A program made the position numbers and the translations under genes. From positions 1,136,448 to 1,200,447 of the forward strand of contig CAVNZM010000004.1 of the NCBI GenBank assembly GCA_963693365.1: a stretch of DNA of 64,000 nt, given 5' to 3'. This document shows positions 32,500 through 41,942 of this stretch, piece by piece. Every line of letters begins with the position of its first letter. Position 1 is the stretch's first letter. This DNA is from Amoebidium appalachense (lineage: Eukaryota; Protista; Ichthyosporea). Below the pieces are notes generated by a model. The model was not told the origin of the DNA and made no database searches. It saw only the letters and a list, made by a program, of their open reading frames with translations.

Positions 32500-34192
32500 C
32501 CGGCTGTGTCTTAGTGGACGTAGATAGCAGTTTGGTGTCTAAAATGATATATTTGGTAAATACTCATTTTATCCACCAATCGGAAGAAGATGGTGTGATG
32601 ATCGGCATCACACATCTCTTCCTGTAGAAGCGACTATAAAAGTCGCGTTTTTCGCTTCTCTCAAACAGTCTTTTCCTCGCCGCTTCTCTTAGGACCCACC
32701 CACCCGCCCGCATTCTGTTTCCTCGCCGTTTGCCTGCTGTTCTCAGCTTTATGGATCAGGGCTACGGTGCTAGGTTGAGGGTAGTAGTGCTTGGTTGGGG
32801 GGGGGGGGGGGGGGGGGGGGGTGATTTCTGTTTTCGGGCCCGAGAGCCTTATCTGTATTGATCTCGTGTGTATGGCCCCAGGGCCGGGAGTCAGTACATG
32901 TGATTAATTTGCGGCCCAGTGGGGGCCTGCGGGGACGGCAGCCGGGTGCTGCCTCTCATCATCAGACCGGCCATAAAGCAATCGAAAAGCAGTTTGGTGT
33001 CTAAAATGTACAGCTGCACCAACCATGGGCGCATACCGAAGGATGATCAATGGGTGCGAATAGGGCCAATCAGATCTCGTGAACCATGTATCGACATTTT
33101 ATGTGACCAGTCACGCCTGCCAGCGTTTGGAAGGCAACAACCGTATTTAGGCCTTAAATACGCATACCACGATAAATTTTGTAAATACGGTAGATCGTAT
33201 TTGGGGCCTAAATACGAATACGATTATTGGGGTGCTGCCAAACAGGCCCTTAGGGTATTATAAAAAGCGGGTGATGGTTAAATCACCCTCACTTTTTGTT
33301 CCCCGTCGCTGCTCTCTCTAGCCCACCCTCCCACCCGCGCTTTTTAGTCCCCCGTCTAGCTTCTTTGGGTTAGTGTACCAAGGGTAGGTGTTTTGGGGGG
33401 GGGATAGGCACGTAGCCAGTGTGGATACGTGTGATATATACGGCCCAGACTTAGTCCATACAAGTTGATCGATCTGCGACCGGTACCATAGGCATGTGTA
33501 ACCGTATGTGTTGATGTAGTAGTGGGGGTCCCGGGGACCAGATTGTTGTGAGCCACAAGAGAGCAATAAAACCGACAGAAGCAACCTAAGTTGAAAATGT
33601 CCATGCACTCATCAGTCGGAATCCATGGTGCCGTTTGTGTGGGTCCTCAGAGTGAATCCTTTTGTTGTGCGGCAGCCGACAGGAATGACAGGATCGAAAA
33701 AAGCAGCGTCTTCATTGGTCGAATATTCCCCAAAACAGGGTTTGCAACCGTGAAAAACGAATGCCGAAAACGATAGCGACTAGAACACGGTCAGGCAGCT
33801 TGGGACGGCTACATTTTGCCAAGCATTCAAGGTTTTCAGGTTTACCTTAATGCAAGCCGAGGGCATGTCCGGGTTTATTATCGAGATGCACGTGAGCTGT
33901 GAGTAGGTGCCGGCACCAAGGCCAAAAGTAGGCCTGCTGCTCTTCTTACTACATATTAGTACATACTGATTCAATGGTGGAGATATAGTCGAGCGCGTTC
34001 CAACGGTTTTTGTTTTGGGGGGAATCACGGTGCTGTTTATTAACGACATGTAGGTGAGCTGTCGGTTCAGTCGCACACATCGATTCAAATGTCGCTTTTT
34101 ATTATCTGCTAATAAATAGTATCCTTCGCGCATCCACCCCTAAACCAGGCCATCCGTGGCCCTAAGGGCCGGGGAACACCCCCATCCATGTC

Positions 34193-35377
34193 ATGGCACA
34201 TGCCTATAATCGTTTCAGAACCTCTTTCAAAGTTCCATCTACACCCATCACACATGTGCGACCATTAAAACGTCCAGCAGATACACCTACCACAGATGCA
34301 CAACCAGAAAAACATCGCCTTAGACTAAGCGCAACACCTATTTACAATACACTACCCATTCAGAATAACACCACACCACTCCGTAGAAACACAATAACAA
34401 CCATGCCGAAACTTTCGGTTGATACAGTACTGGCAGAACTTGCCCTCGTTAAGAAACAGCTAAATGAGCTGTTACCACTCAAGAACATGATAGAAAAACT
34501 CCAAACAGAAAATACCCAACTCAAGCTCACCATTGATTCACTCACAGCCCAGCTAAACATTAGTGGATCGCAAAACCCCAAAACTCATGAGCAAACATCT
34601 CGCGACGGAGACATTTCCACCCCAACACAAAACAACACAGGACCGGAAGCACAGCTCCCGGCAGAGTTCCTAGAATATGCGAACTCTCGTAAAACACCCG
34701 AGCTCCGCCAAATTGCCAAGGAAACATATGCCAGCATTCTTGCAGGCAACGAGTACCGCCGCAACTCCCCTCCCAAACCGCCGGCTAAGGGGAACACCCA
34801 AGCAAACGGTAACATCAACATCCCACCCAAATACGAGAGGGTGTATTTCAAAGTCAAGCACGGCAGACGCCCACACAGGGCCATGTGGTCCATCTTCAAG
34901 GCTCTCGGCTTCCGGTGCTCTCGCATCCTTTGTCTGTCCTTCATTGGATACGATGTGCTGGAAGTAGCAGTACGGGGCGACTATAACCGTGCGTTCATCC
35001 GTGACGCGACAAAGGGGTGTGGAAGCTTCTTCACCCACCTCCCAAGCTACGACCCATGCGCGCCGGAAAACATTCAGAAAGCAGACAAAGAACGTAAAGT
35101 GTCTGCTAAGAATGCGTGCGCCACACGTTGTCGTGTACGCATCAGCAAGGCAAAAGAGTTCCTCGCAAAGTTGGAAAACGATGCTACGAGCGTGATAGAC
35201 ACGGACACGAAGGAACCAATGTTTTCTGGTGAGAAACTGCTCGAGCGCAAACGCCGATGCGAGATGGAAATCGAGCTCTTCTGCGAACTGTTCGCGCTGG
35301 CGGAAGGTCGTGCATACGACCCCGTAAGCGACAAGTGGGAACCAACCCCACAGGTGTCGGACCAAACCGATGCCTAA
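34193..35377 (+). CDS. LINE ORF1 protein (394 aa)
   Basis: Open frame directly upstream of ORF2; coiled-coil segment (LKNMIEKLQTENTQLKLTIDSLTAQL); basic C-terminal half. Confidence 0.82.
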   Translation: MAHAYNRFRTSFKVPSTPITHVRPLKRPADTPTTDAQPEKHRLRLSATPIYNTLPIQNNTTPLRRNTITTMPKLSVDTVLAELALVKKQLNELLPLKNMIEKLQTENTQLKLTIDSLTAQLNISGSQNPKTHEQTSRDGDISTPTQNNTGPEAQLPAEFLEYANSRKTPELRQIAKETYASILAGNEYRRNSPPKPPAKGNTQANGNINIPPKYERVYFKVKHGRRPHRAMWSIFKALGFRCSRILCLSFIGYDVLEVAVRGDYNRAFIRDATKGCGSFFTHLPSYDPCAPENIQKADKERKVSAKNACATRCRVRISKAKEFLAKLENDATSVIDTDTKEPMFSGEKLLERKRRCEMEIELFCELFALAEGRAYDPVSDKWEPTPQVSDQTDA

Positions 35378-38300
35378 TTTATCCTTCTTCTTCTGGAATG
35401 CTCGGACACTGGGCCCCCAAAAGGGCCTCCCCCCCGGGACACTTGACGATAAAATCAGCTACATACAACAACAGACAAACAACCACAGGTTTACAGTGAT
35501 TTGCGAAACACAGTTTAAAAACCACCACAAATTCAACTCTACATTGGTCGACACATCCACACACCCCGGTTACGCGAAAAACCGAGGCATTATTGTACTT
35601 GCCGCACCACACGTGAGAGTGAAGTGCAAACCGGTAGCAAAAACGGAATTCTCGGTTTCTATAGAGTTTCTTTCTAATGTTTTTACTTTTGTATATTACC
35701 CACCATCTATGTCGGTTGTCGAATTGACTCACGAGTTGTCACAGTTACCAATGTCCACTGTTATTTTAGGTGATTTTAACACGCGACTCCACCACACAGA
35801 CACACTGCAAGTGAGTGTCGGGTACCCATCTAAGCCCCCGGAGCGTGCTATCCCTTTAGCAAGGTATGTCCAAAGTCACACTTTGCGGTTCCCTCAAATA
35901 TCCCATGCCCACAACACCGACTGGGGAGTGGCCTTTTGGCCATCAACCATGTCAAAACTCTCTCTCCCTCCTAACCTCTCTAGGTCATCTGACCACTCTC
36001 CTATCCTTTTCCTACCTAAGATCTCCCTTGATCTGCTCCCCCCTCCCCCTCCCACCTTTCGCCTCCGTCTATCCCAGCTTAAGTCACAGTGGGGTAGAGT
36101 TGATCTATGTGTATGCTATGCTACGAAACACCCTATATATATGCGCCTATTAGAATCTGCACAAGCCAGGCCAGATTCACATCTCGTACTAGATACATGC
36201 ACTAACTTTATTGTTGATGATTTGATAGATCTCGGTGATTATGCTGGCGGTGGTAGGAAGGAATATCCCGATGCTCTCTTGTTACCAAACACCACTCCCG
36301 CTAGACTAGGTGAACCCCTGTCTCAAAAGGAAAGCTTGCGCCGGCTTGCTAGTATGAATCGATTTGGCCCCCCTGCTCGTATTATTGGTGATACCACTGG
36401 AGACCCCCTCATAGACTCTGATAAGTATTTCTCGGAACTGTTTAAAGATAGGACCCCCGCTCAGAAACCTACTGTGTGGCCTGTAGACCCATCTATCCCC
36501 ATAGAATCGATCCTCCCCTTTTTCAGTCCCGATGCCATATGGTCTGTGATATCTAGTTATAGCTCTAGTAAGTCTTGTGGACCTGATGGACTCCCTGCTG
36601 GGTTTCTTAAAATCCTTGTTCCCTCCTACCCACAAAAGGAAAGTGATCGTGCTATTAAACCTGATCTTACTATCATGTTAAGCTCTCTCTTTTCTTGGTG
36701 TGTTAAATGTGGACATGTCCCGTCATCTTGGTTAGATACCTTAGTGATCCCCATAGTTAAGAAGGACTCTGAGGGCCCCATATCATCCTTTCGCCCCATT
36801 ACACTAACCCAGGTTGTTCGTAGATTCTTTGAAGCTTGCTTACTTAGGTTATTTGCACATCACCCTAGGTTTCAATCTATTCTTCACATACACCCATGCC
36901 AATCCGCTTTTCGTAAAAACAATTCATGTTATGTTCAAATAATGGCACTGCACGATTCTATGCAAGTTGGTGCACAATATGTTGGCTTTATTGATTGGAA
37001 AACTGCTTACGATTCTGTCTCCCCTGGTCTCCTATGGGAAAAGCTTGCTGCACGGGGTGTACCACACTGCATTGGTGTTCTGTTAGAAGCACTCTTGTCT
37101 CAAACCTATGGTAGAGCTGTGGTTAATGGGCATCTTTCATATGGTTTTGCTCGTACTAGAGGTCTCTTGCAGGGTTCATTGCTTAGCCCCTTTTTGTTTA
37201 ACCTATTTATAGATGATTTGGCTGTCAAGATTTACGCCGAAAACGATGACCCTATTAATAACTTTCCGCCTGCACTTCTCTATGCTGATGATCTGTCCCT
37301 CCTTGCCCGTACCCCTAGACGCCTGCAAAGATTGTTCGATGTAGTGTCAGAGTGGTGCAAGGCAAACCTTATGATCCTTAACATAGACAAATGTGGTGTT
37401 CTTGTACCTGATATAGCTAACAATTTACACACATTTACATTATCATCTAAACCTGTACCTATAGTTCCAGAATACAAATATCTTGGTGTTCCGGTTGATT
37501 CTGTTGGTGTTATGTTTCCCCATATGGTCGAAAAGAGGGTAGAGTTGGCTCGTAAGCGGTTAGCTTTCTTCTCGGCTAATATTTTTAAAGACACACCCCT
37601 CCATCCTTCTATTAGACTTACATTTATTCGCACTTTTGTCTTCCCGGCATGTGAATATGGTTTACCCCTTCTCGCCGCTTGGATCAAGAAAGAGAGAACT
37701 AGAGCGCTTAAACCCTTGGCAAATTTCCTTGAAGCAGAAGTTGCCTCCTTTCTATCTAACAACTGTTGTAAACCTGGGCCTGTAACGCTCTCGATATATG
37801 GTCTGGTCCCAATAGCTGCTAGAGTATCCTATCTCGCGCTGAAATTCAATAAGCACATAAGCCGCTTAAAGAAGTATTTGCCCTCCCACCCTCTCTTCTC
37901 TATCCGACCTGTCCCCTCCTCACCTCTCCCCTCTTTCCTCCCCTCTCTCTCCCCTTCTCCCCTGGGCACAAATACAAATAAACCCCGCAATAGTGTGTGT
38001 GTGACTTTGGACTGCCACTTACTTATTAAACATGTACACAATCACAAGATAATCACGCAATATAACAAATGGAAAAAGATACCACACGACACTAGACCCG
38101 ATGAAAGCATACACCTTGAAAAACTAAGCCTTATGTCTCGTTTTATATATACTGACCGCCTCAACCATATTGCCAAATATGGCACTCGCAAGTGTATAAC
38201 ACCTAAATACATATTACCTTCCTGTAGAACTGGTCTTTCTCTAGCTGATGGTATTATTGATCAATTACCACGCTTTTACTGTACACGTGCTATACAGTGG

Positions 38301-38564
38301 AGATCTAATAAGTATAAGGTGGCATCATTTGCATGCCCAAACAACACACACACACACCAGTTTAACCGGTCATGTATCGCCAAATGTAGTTTGATAGACC
38401 ACATAATACCGCAACACACACACGTCACATTCACAACAGACACCCAGAAAGATAGCCTACCTGTAAATTACAACATCCTTGATTTTATACTAAACACGCG
38501 TAACTACGACCTGTTTATTAGATGTATTGATTGGCTTGAGAAACACATCACTACAAAATTATAG
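35370..38564 (+). CDS. LINE ORF2: APE endonuclease plus reverse transcriptase (1064 aa)
   Basis: APE motifs WNARTL, ICET, YYPP, LGDFN, SDHSPI; RT motifs GPDGL, FRPITL, QSAFR, IDWKTAYDSV, GLLQGSLLSPFLF, YADD, YKYLG. Confidence 0.96.
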   Translation: MPNLSFFFWNARTLGPQKGLPPGTLDDKISYIQQQTNNHRFTVICETQFKNHHKFNSTLVDTSTHPGYAKNRGIIVLAAPHVRVKCKPVAKTEFSVSIEFLSNVFTFVYYPPSMSVVELTHELSQLPMSTVILGDFNTRLHHTDTLQVSVGYPSKPPERAIPLARYVQSHTLRFPQISHAHNTDWGVAFWPSTMSKLSLPPNLSRSSDHSPILFLPKISLDLLPPPPPTFRLRLSQLKSQWGRVDLCVCYATKHPIYMRLLESAQARPDSHLVLDTCTNFIVDDLIDLGDYAGGGRKEYPDALLLPNTTPARLGEPLSQKESLRRLASMNRFGPPARIIGDTTGDPLIDSDKYFSELFKDRTPAQKPTVWPVDPSIPIESILPFFSPDAIWSVISSYSSSKSCGPDGLPAGFLKILVPSYPQKESDRAIKPDLTIMLSSLFSWCVKCGHVPSSWLDTLVIPIVKKDSEGPISSFRPITLTQVVRRFFEACLLRLFAHHPRFQSILHIHPCQSAFRKNNSCYVQIMALHDSMQVGAQYVGFIDWKTAYDSVSPGLLWEKLAARGVPHCIGVLLEALLSQTYGRAVVNGHLSYGFARTRGLLQGSLLSPFLFNLFIDDLAVKIYAENDDPINNFPPALLYADDLSLLARTPRRLQRLFDVVSEWCKANLMILNIDKCGVLVPDIANNLHTFTLSSKPVPIVPEYKYLGVPVDSVGVMFPHMVEKRVELARKRLAFFSANIFKDTPLHPSIRLTFIRTFVFPACEYGLPLLAAWIKKERTRALKPLANFLEAEVASFLSNNCCKPGPVTLSIYGLVPIAARVSYLALKFNKHISRLKKYLPSHPLFSIRPVPSSPLPSFLPSLSPSPLGTNTNKPRNSVCVTLDCHLLIKHVHNHKIITQYNKWKKIPHDTRPDESIHLEKLSLMSRFIYTDRLNHIAKYGTRKCITPKYILPSCRTGLSLADGIIDQLPRFYCTRAIQWRSNKYKVASFACPNNTHTHQFNRSCIAKCSLIDHIIPQHTHVTFTTDTQKDSLPVNYNILDFILNTRNYDLFIRCIDWLEKHITTKL

Positions 38565-38584
38565 CGCACGCGCACACACACACA

Positions 38585-38643
<59 letters not shown>

Positions 38644-38675
38644 CCAGCTGATACCGAGTGTCCCGAGGGGAGCCC

Positions 38676-38712
<37 letters not shown>

Positions 38713-38779
38713 GGGGAACCCCAACTAATTGATTTCTCCTTGTAGTCTTTATGGTGTCTCGTAGAGAAAGTAAACCGGG

Positions 38780-38982
38780 GGGGTTTACGCTGTTTACTCG
38801 AGGCAAAGAGAACCAGTCTCAGGTATGGGGGGGGGGGGGTTAAAGTAAACCCTGATATATAGTCACCACCCGACATCTATGTACGTGATCATGATATACC
38901 GCTGAGGGGATATTCCGAGCAAACCCCCCCCCCCCATACCTGAGACTGGTTCTCTTTGCCTCGAGTAAACAGCGTAAACCCC
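38780..38982. repeat. ~61-bp near-perfect inverted repeat with 80-bp spacer
   Basis: 38780-38841 is the reverse complement of 38922-38982; the left arm is flanked by a 10-bp direct repeat AAAGTAAACC (38767, 38842). Confidence 0.93.
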
Positions 38983-39127
38983 GATGAGATGTCGGCACCA
39001 AGGCCAACAGTACTTCCACCCAACAAGATATACATGTACAAATCGATGTTACACTTGTACGTCATACAGATTTTTATGTGGAGATATAACGTATCAGATA
39101 AACATCGTGTGTGGAGATATAACGTCT

Positions 39128-39420
39128 TTTTATTATTATTATATTTATTATTAATATAATATAATTTTTTTAATTAATGTTCACACATTAGCCCGTATTC
39201 TGAGACTGTATTACATTTATGTCCAGATAATCCATACACTTTTGAAATAGTAGAAACTCGCCAGAGTTAAGTATGAAATCAAGCACGGTAAAATTCGGTA
39301 GGTCTTTCACTGTGTCCTGTGTATGGGCCCGGGTAAACCGGGTGCGTATGTCTGGAGGAATACAGGTTGAAAGCAAACCACATTTTTTTTTTTTTTTTTT
39401 GGAAAAAAACATCCGCCCCG
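39128..39420 (-). mobile_element. 3' fragment of a related LINE
   Basis: Translation DLPNFTVLDFILNSGEFLLFQKCMDYL resembles the ORF2 C-terminus SLPVNYNILDFILNTRNYDLFIRCIDWL and is followed by an A/T-rich tail. Confidence 0.7.
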
Positions 39421-39654
39421 TGAGACCCCGGGTAACGACAATAACTTGAACATTTCAAATGATAAACGGCACTGTCGGAATGGCGGGCCGGCGGCAAATG
39501 GGGGCCTCCTGCACATAAAAACGTCGCGTCCACGCAGTTCAACTTTGCAACACACCGTGTCGTCGTTGAACTCATGAGGGTGTAGTGCGTCTATATTCAT
39601 GTGGTCTGGAATACACCACACACACTAGAAAGCTTTGGTAAGTGGTTCGTGAAC

Positions 39655-41897
39655 ATGGGCCGGATCCTCTTCAGCGCGGCTGTGCTTGGCGCAGTCAGCG
39701 TGCAGGTGCAGGGCCTATTCTTTCTGTTGGGTGGCCTGCTCAAGAAACCAGCCTCGTCTGGTGGCTGCACACACGTTTGTGGTACGTAAGGCTCGCCACC
39801 CCATACATAAGGAGGTCTGCATGTGAAGCGGCCCATGCAGCCGGGCGATGAATCACTGAGCTCTTGGTTTTTGCAATGCCTGCTTGCTTTTTTGGTTCAG
39901 TGAGTTCTTAATTCAGACCCACTTTTTGCCAGTAACAGGCTGTTGCCGTCCACTAACCCAACATCTGCATCACACAGGCAGCGATGGGGTCAACTGCTAC
40001 CAGAACCGTTTTGGGTGCGGCAACTGCAGCTGCTGCCCTGCCGGCCAGCGCTATGACATGAACGCTGACAAGTGCACGGGAGGGAGCCCCCCTCCACCAC
40101 CACCACCACCACCACCTCCACCCCCGTCCCCACGGCCGCCACCACCCCCAGCCCCTCCCGCGCCAGCGCCTGGCTGGAACCCCGCCGAGTGTCCCGCCCA
40201 CTATGCGTTCGTGGCACCAAGAAAGTGCGCATGGAACTGTGACGCCATCTGGAAGGCCAAAGGTGGGTTATAGCGTCTAGAGATCTGTGACGGTGACCTG
40301 TTCGTCGTGCACCTCAGGTCCAGTACTAAGAATAGAAACAATAGCATCCGGTCTTCACCTTTATCCTGCAAAGACCGTTTCTCACTAACGAAAGCCTTGC
40401 TATGCGCACTATGCTCTATATAAGTAGCTTGAACTCCTATCTGCAACCAACTGCTCACCGCCAATGAGTTACCAGGCCATGATGCTCGGGGTCAGAATTT
40501 GTTTTGTCACCTCTAAACTCAGTGCACGTGTTGACTATGTCCACCAGGTATGTGCAACGGCCAGCTCGACTACTACACCACGCCAGCCCACCCGTACCGC
40601 ATCGGCACTCAGTGCCAGCCCCACTACCGCCTGGTGGCTCCCAACAAGTGCGAGTGGGTGTGTGATGCCACGTGGAAGGCCATGGGCATATGCGACGGCA
40701 GGTGGGTGCTGTGCTGTGCAAAGGACGACGTGTGGAGAAACGGGCCCGGGAAGGGTTGGGGCGGGGGGTCTTTCTGAGTACAAAATGTGCATAGATAACC
40801 TGGTAGGCGGCACCAACTGCAGCAACAGTTACTGCTCAGTGAAGCACAGTTTTGAAGGTGTCATTTCATGCAGTGGTGCGGCAGAAGACTGAAACAGGCT
40901 CAAACTTTTCGCCTTGCTCTAACAGTCACTCGGTGAACACTATGTACCGCCAGGACCCGAGGTCCGGTGGGAGATTGGGCTATCATGGTGTAACACAGGA
41001 GATAAAAAGGTGCACAAAGCAACCTTAGGAACTTACCACTGACATATAAACCGTTTGCAGGCTGGACTACTACCTGAACCTGAACGGACAGCAAATGGCT
41101 GCTGGCCCGCTGCCAAATGGTATGTCTTTGCCTCAGTACTTTCCAGTCATACTGTCAGTATTGATCTTACAGATAAGCGTTCCATTTGCAGCCAATAAAA
41201 AAAGTGGGATCCGTATGCCTGAAAAGCTTTTTGGTACAACAACAATGCCTTCTCTGTCTATCTTCACTGCCAAGGGCCTTTAAGTGCCTCTTCAAACTTC
41301 AAACCAATGAATAGATTGCTTTAGCCATGCACCACTCACTTACATAAGCACCAAACCCACAGGCCAGCAGATCAACAACATTGCCCTGCGCAAGCCAGCC
41401 AGTCAAAGCAGCTTGGACCCCAAGTGGGTGGCCCCCGCCGGCCTCGCTGTAGACGGCAACGTGAATGGAAATTGGGATGCAAATACATGCACCTCCACAA
41501 ACACCGGCAACGGGAATGGCGAGGCCCAGCCCTGGTGGGAGGTCGATCTGCAAGGAAAGTTCAAAGTCCGATATGTGCGGGTACGTTATACTGGTTGCAT
41601 CCTAGGTCTCTTTCGCCGTGCCCCCATTCCCATCCATATTGGTTCACAACTGAGGACTTCAAACCCCTCTTAACAGTGACCATGCCGAGCACCTCAGCCC
41701 TTTCTTTTGGCTTTGCATTTGTTCCATACCGTACCACATGCTAATAGTATCCTCGGTCTTCAGGCATCACTCCTCCCTCTGCCTGGCTTCTCGACTCTAG
41801 TAGGTAGCGTACTATTACCCATCCTCCACCACACACATGTACAGTAGGATGGAGTCAGTACAGAACGGTCAAATGCATAGTGACTAGGTGTTTATCA

Positions 41898-41942
<45 letters not shown>

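Larger units (their letters stand above)
22994..33008 (+). mobile_element. DIRS-order (PAT-like) retrotransposon with split direct repeats A1...B1-A2...B2, ~3.0 kb net, interrupted by a gypsy element
   Basis: A1 22994-23153 equals A2 32544-32694 apart from a 9-nt duplication; B1 32526-32546 equals B2 32988-33008; ATG is shared at the left end, the B1/A2 junction and the right end; encodes DIRS-type RT-RH-MT. Confidence 0.92.
22342..33249. mobile_element. Non-autonomous PIF/Harbinger (Tourist-like) DNA transposon, ~0.9 kb once nested insertions are removed
   Basis: TIRs GGGCCTGTTTGGTAGC (22342) and GCTGCCAAACAGGCCC (ends 33249); TTA TSD on both sides; subterminal inverted repeat ATCGTATTCGTATTTAGG at both ends; no transposase seen. 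Confidence 0.9.
34178..38711 (+). mobile_element. Intact two-ORF non-LTR retrotransposon (LINE, APE-RT type)
   Basis: ORF1 and ORF2 overlap by 8 nt (ATGCCTAA); (CA)n in the 3' UTR; A32 tract 38680-38711; candidate 8-bp TSD CGGGGAAC (34170-34177 / 38712-38719). Both boundaries are uncertain. Confidence 0.9.

Noticed and set aside
34110-34190. HDV-like or hammerhead ribozyme at the LINE 5' end
   Set aside because: Small hairpins are present but I could not build the nested pseudoknot or catalytic core by eye.
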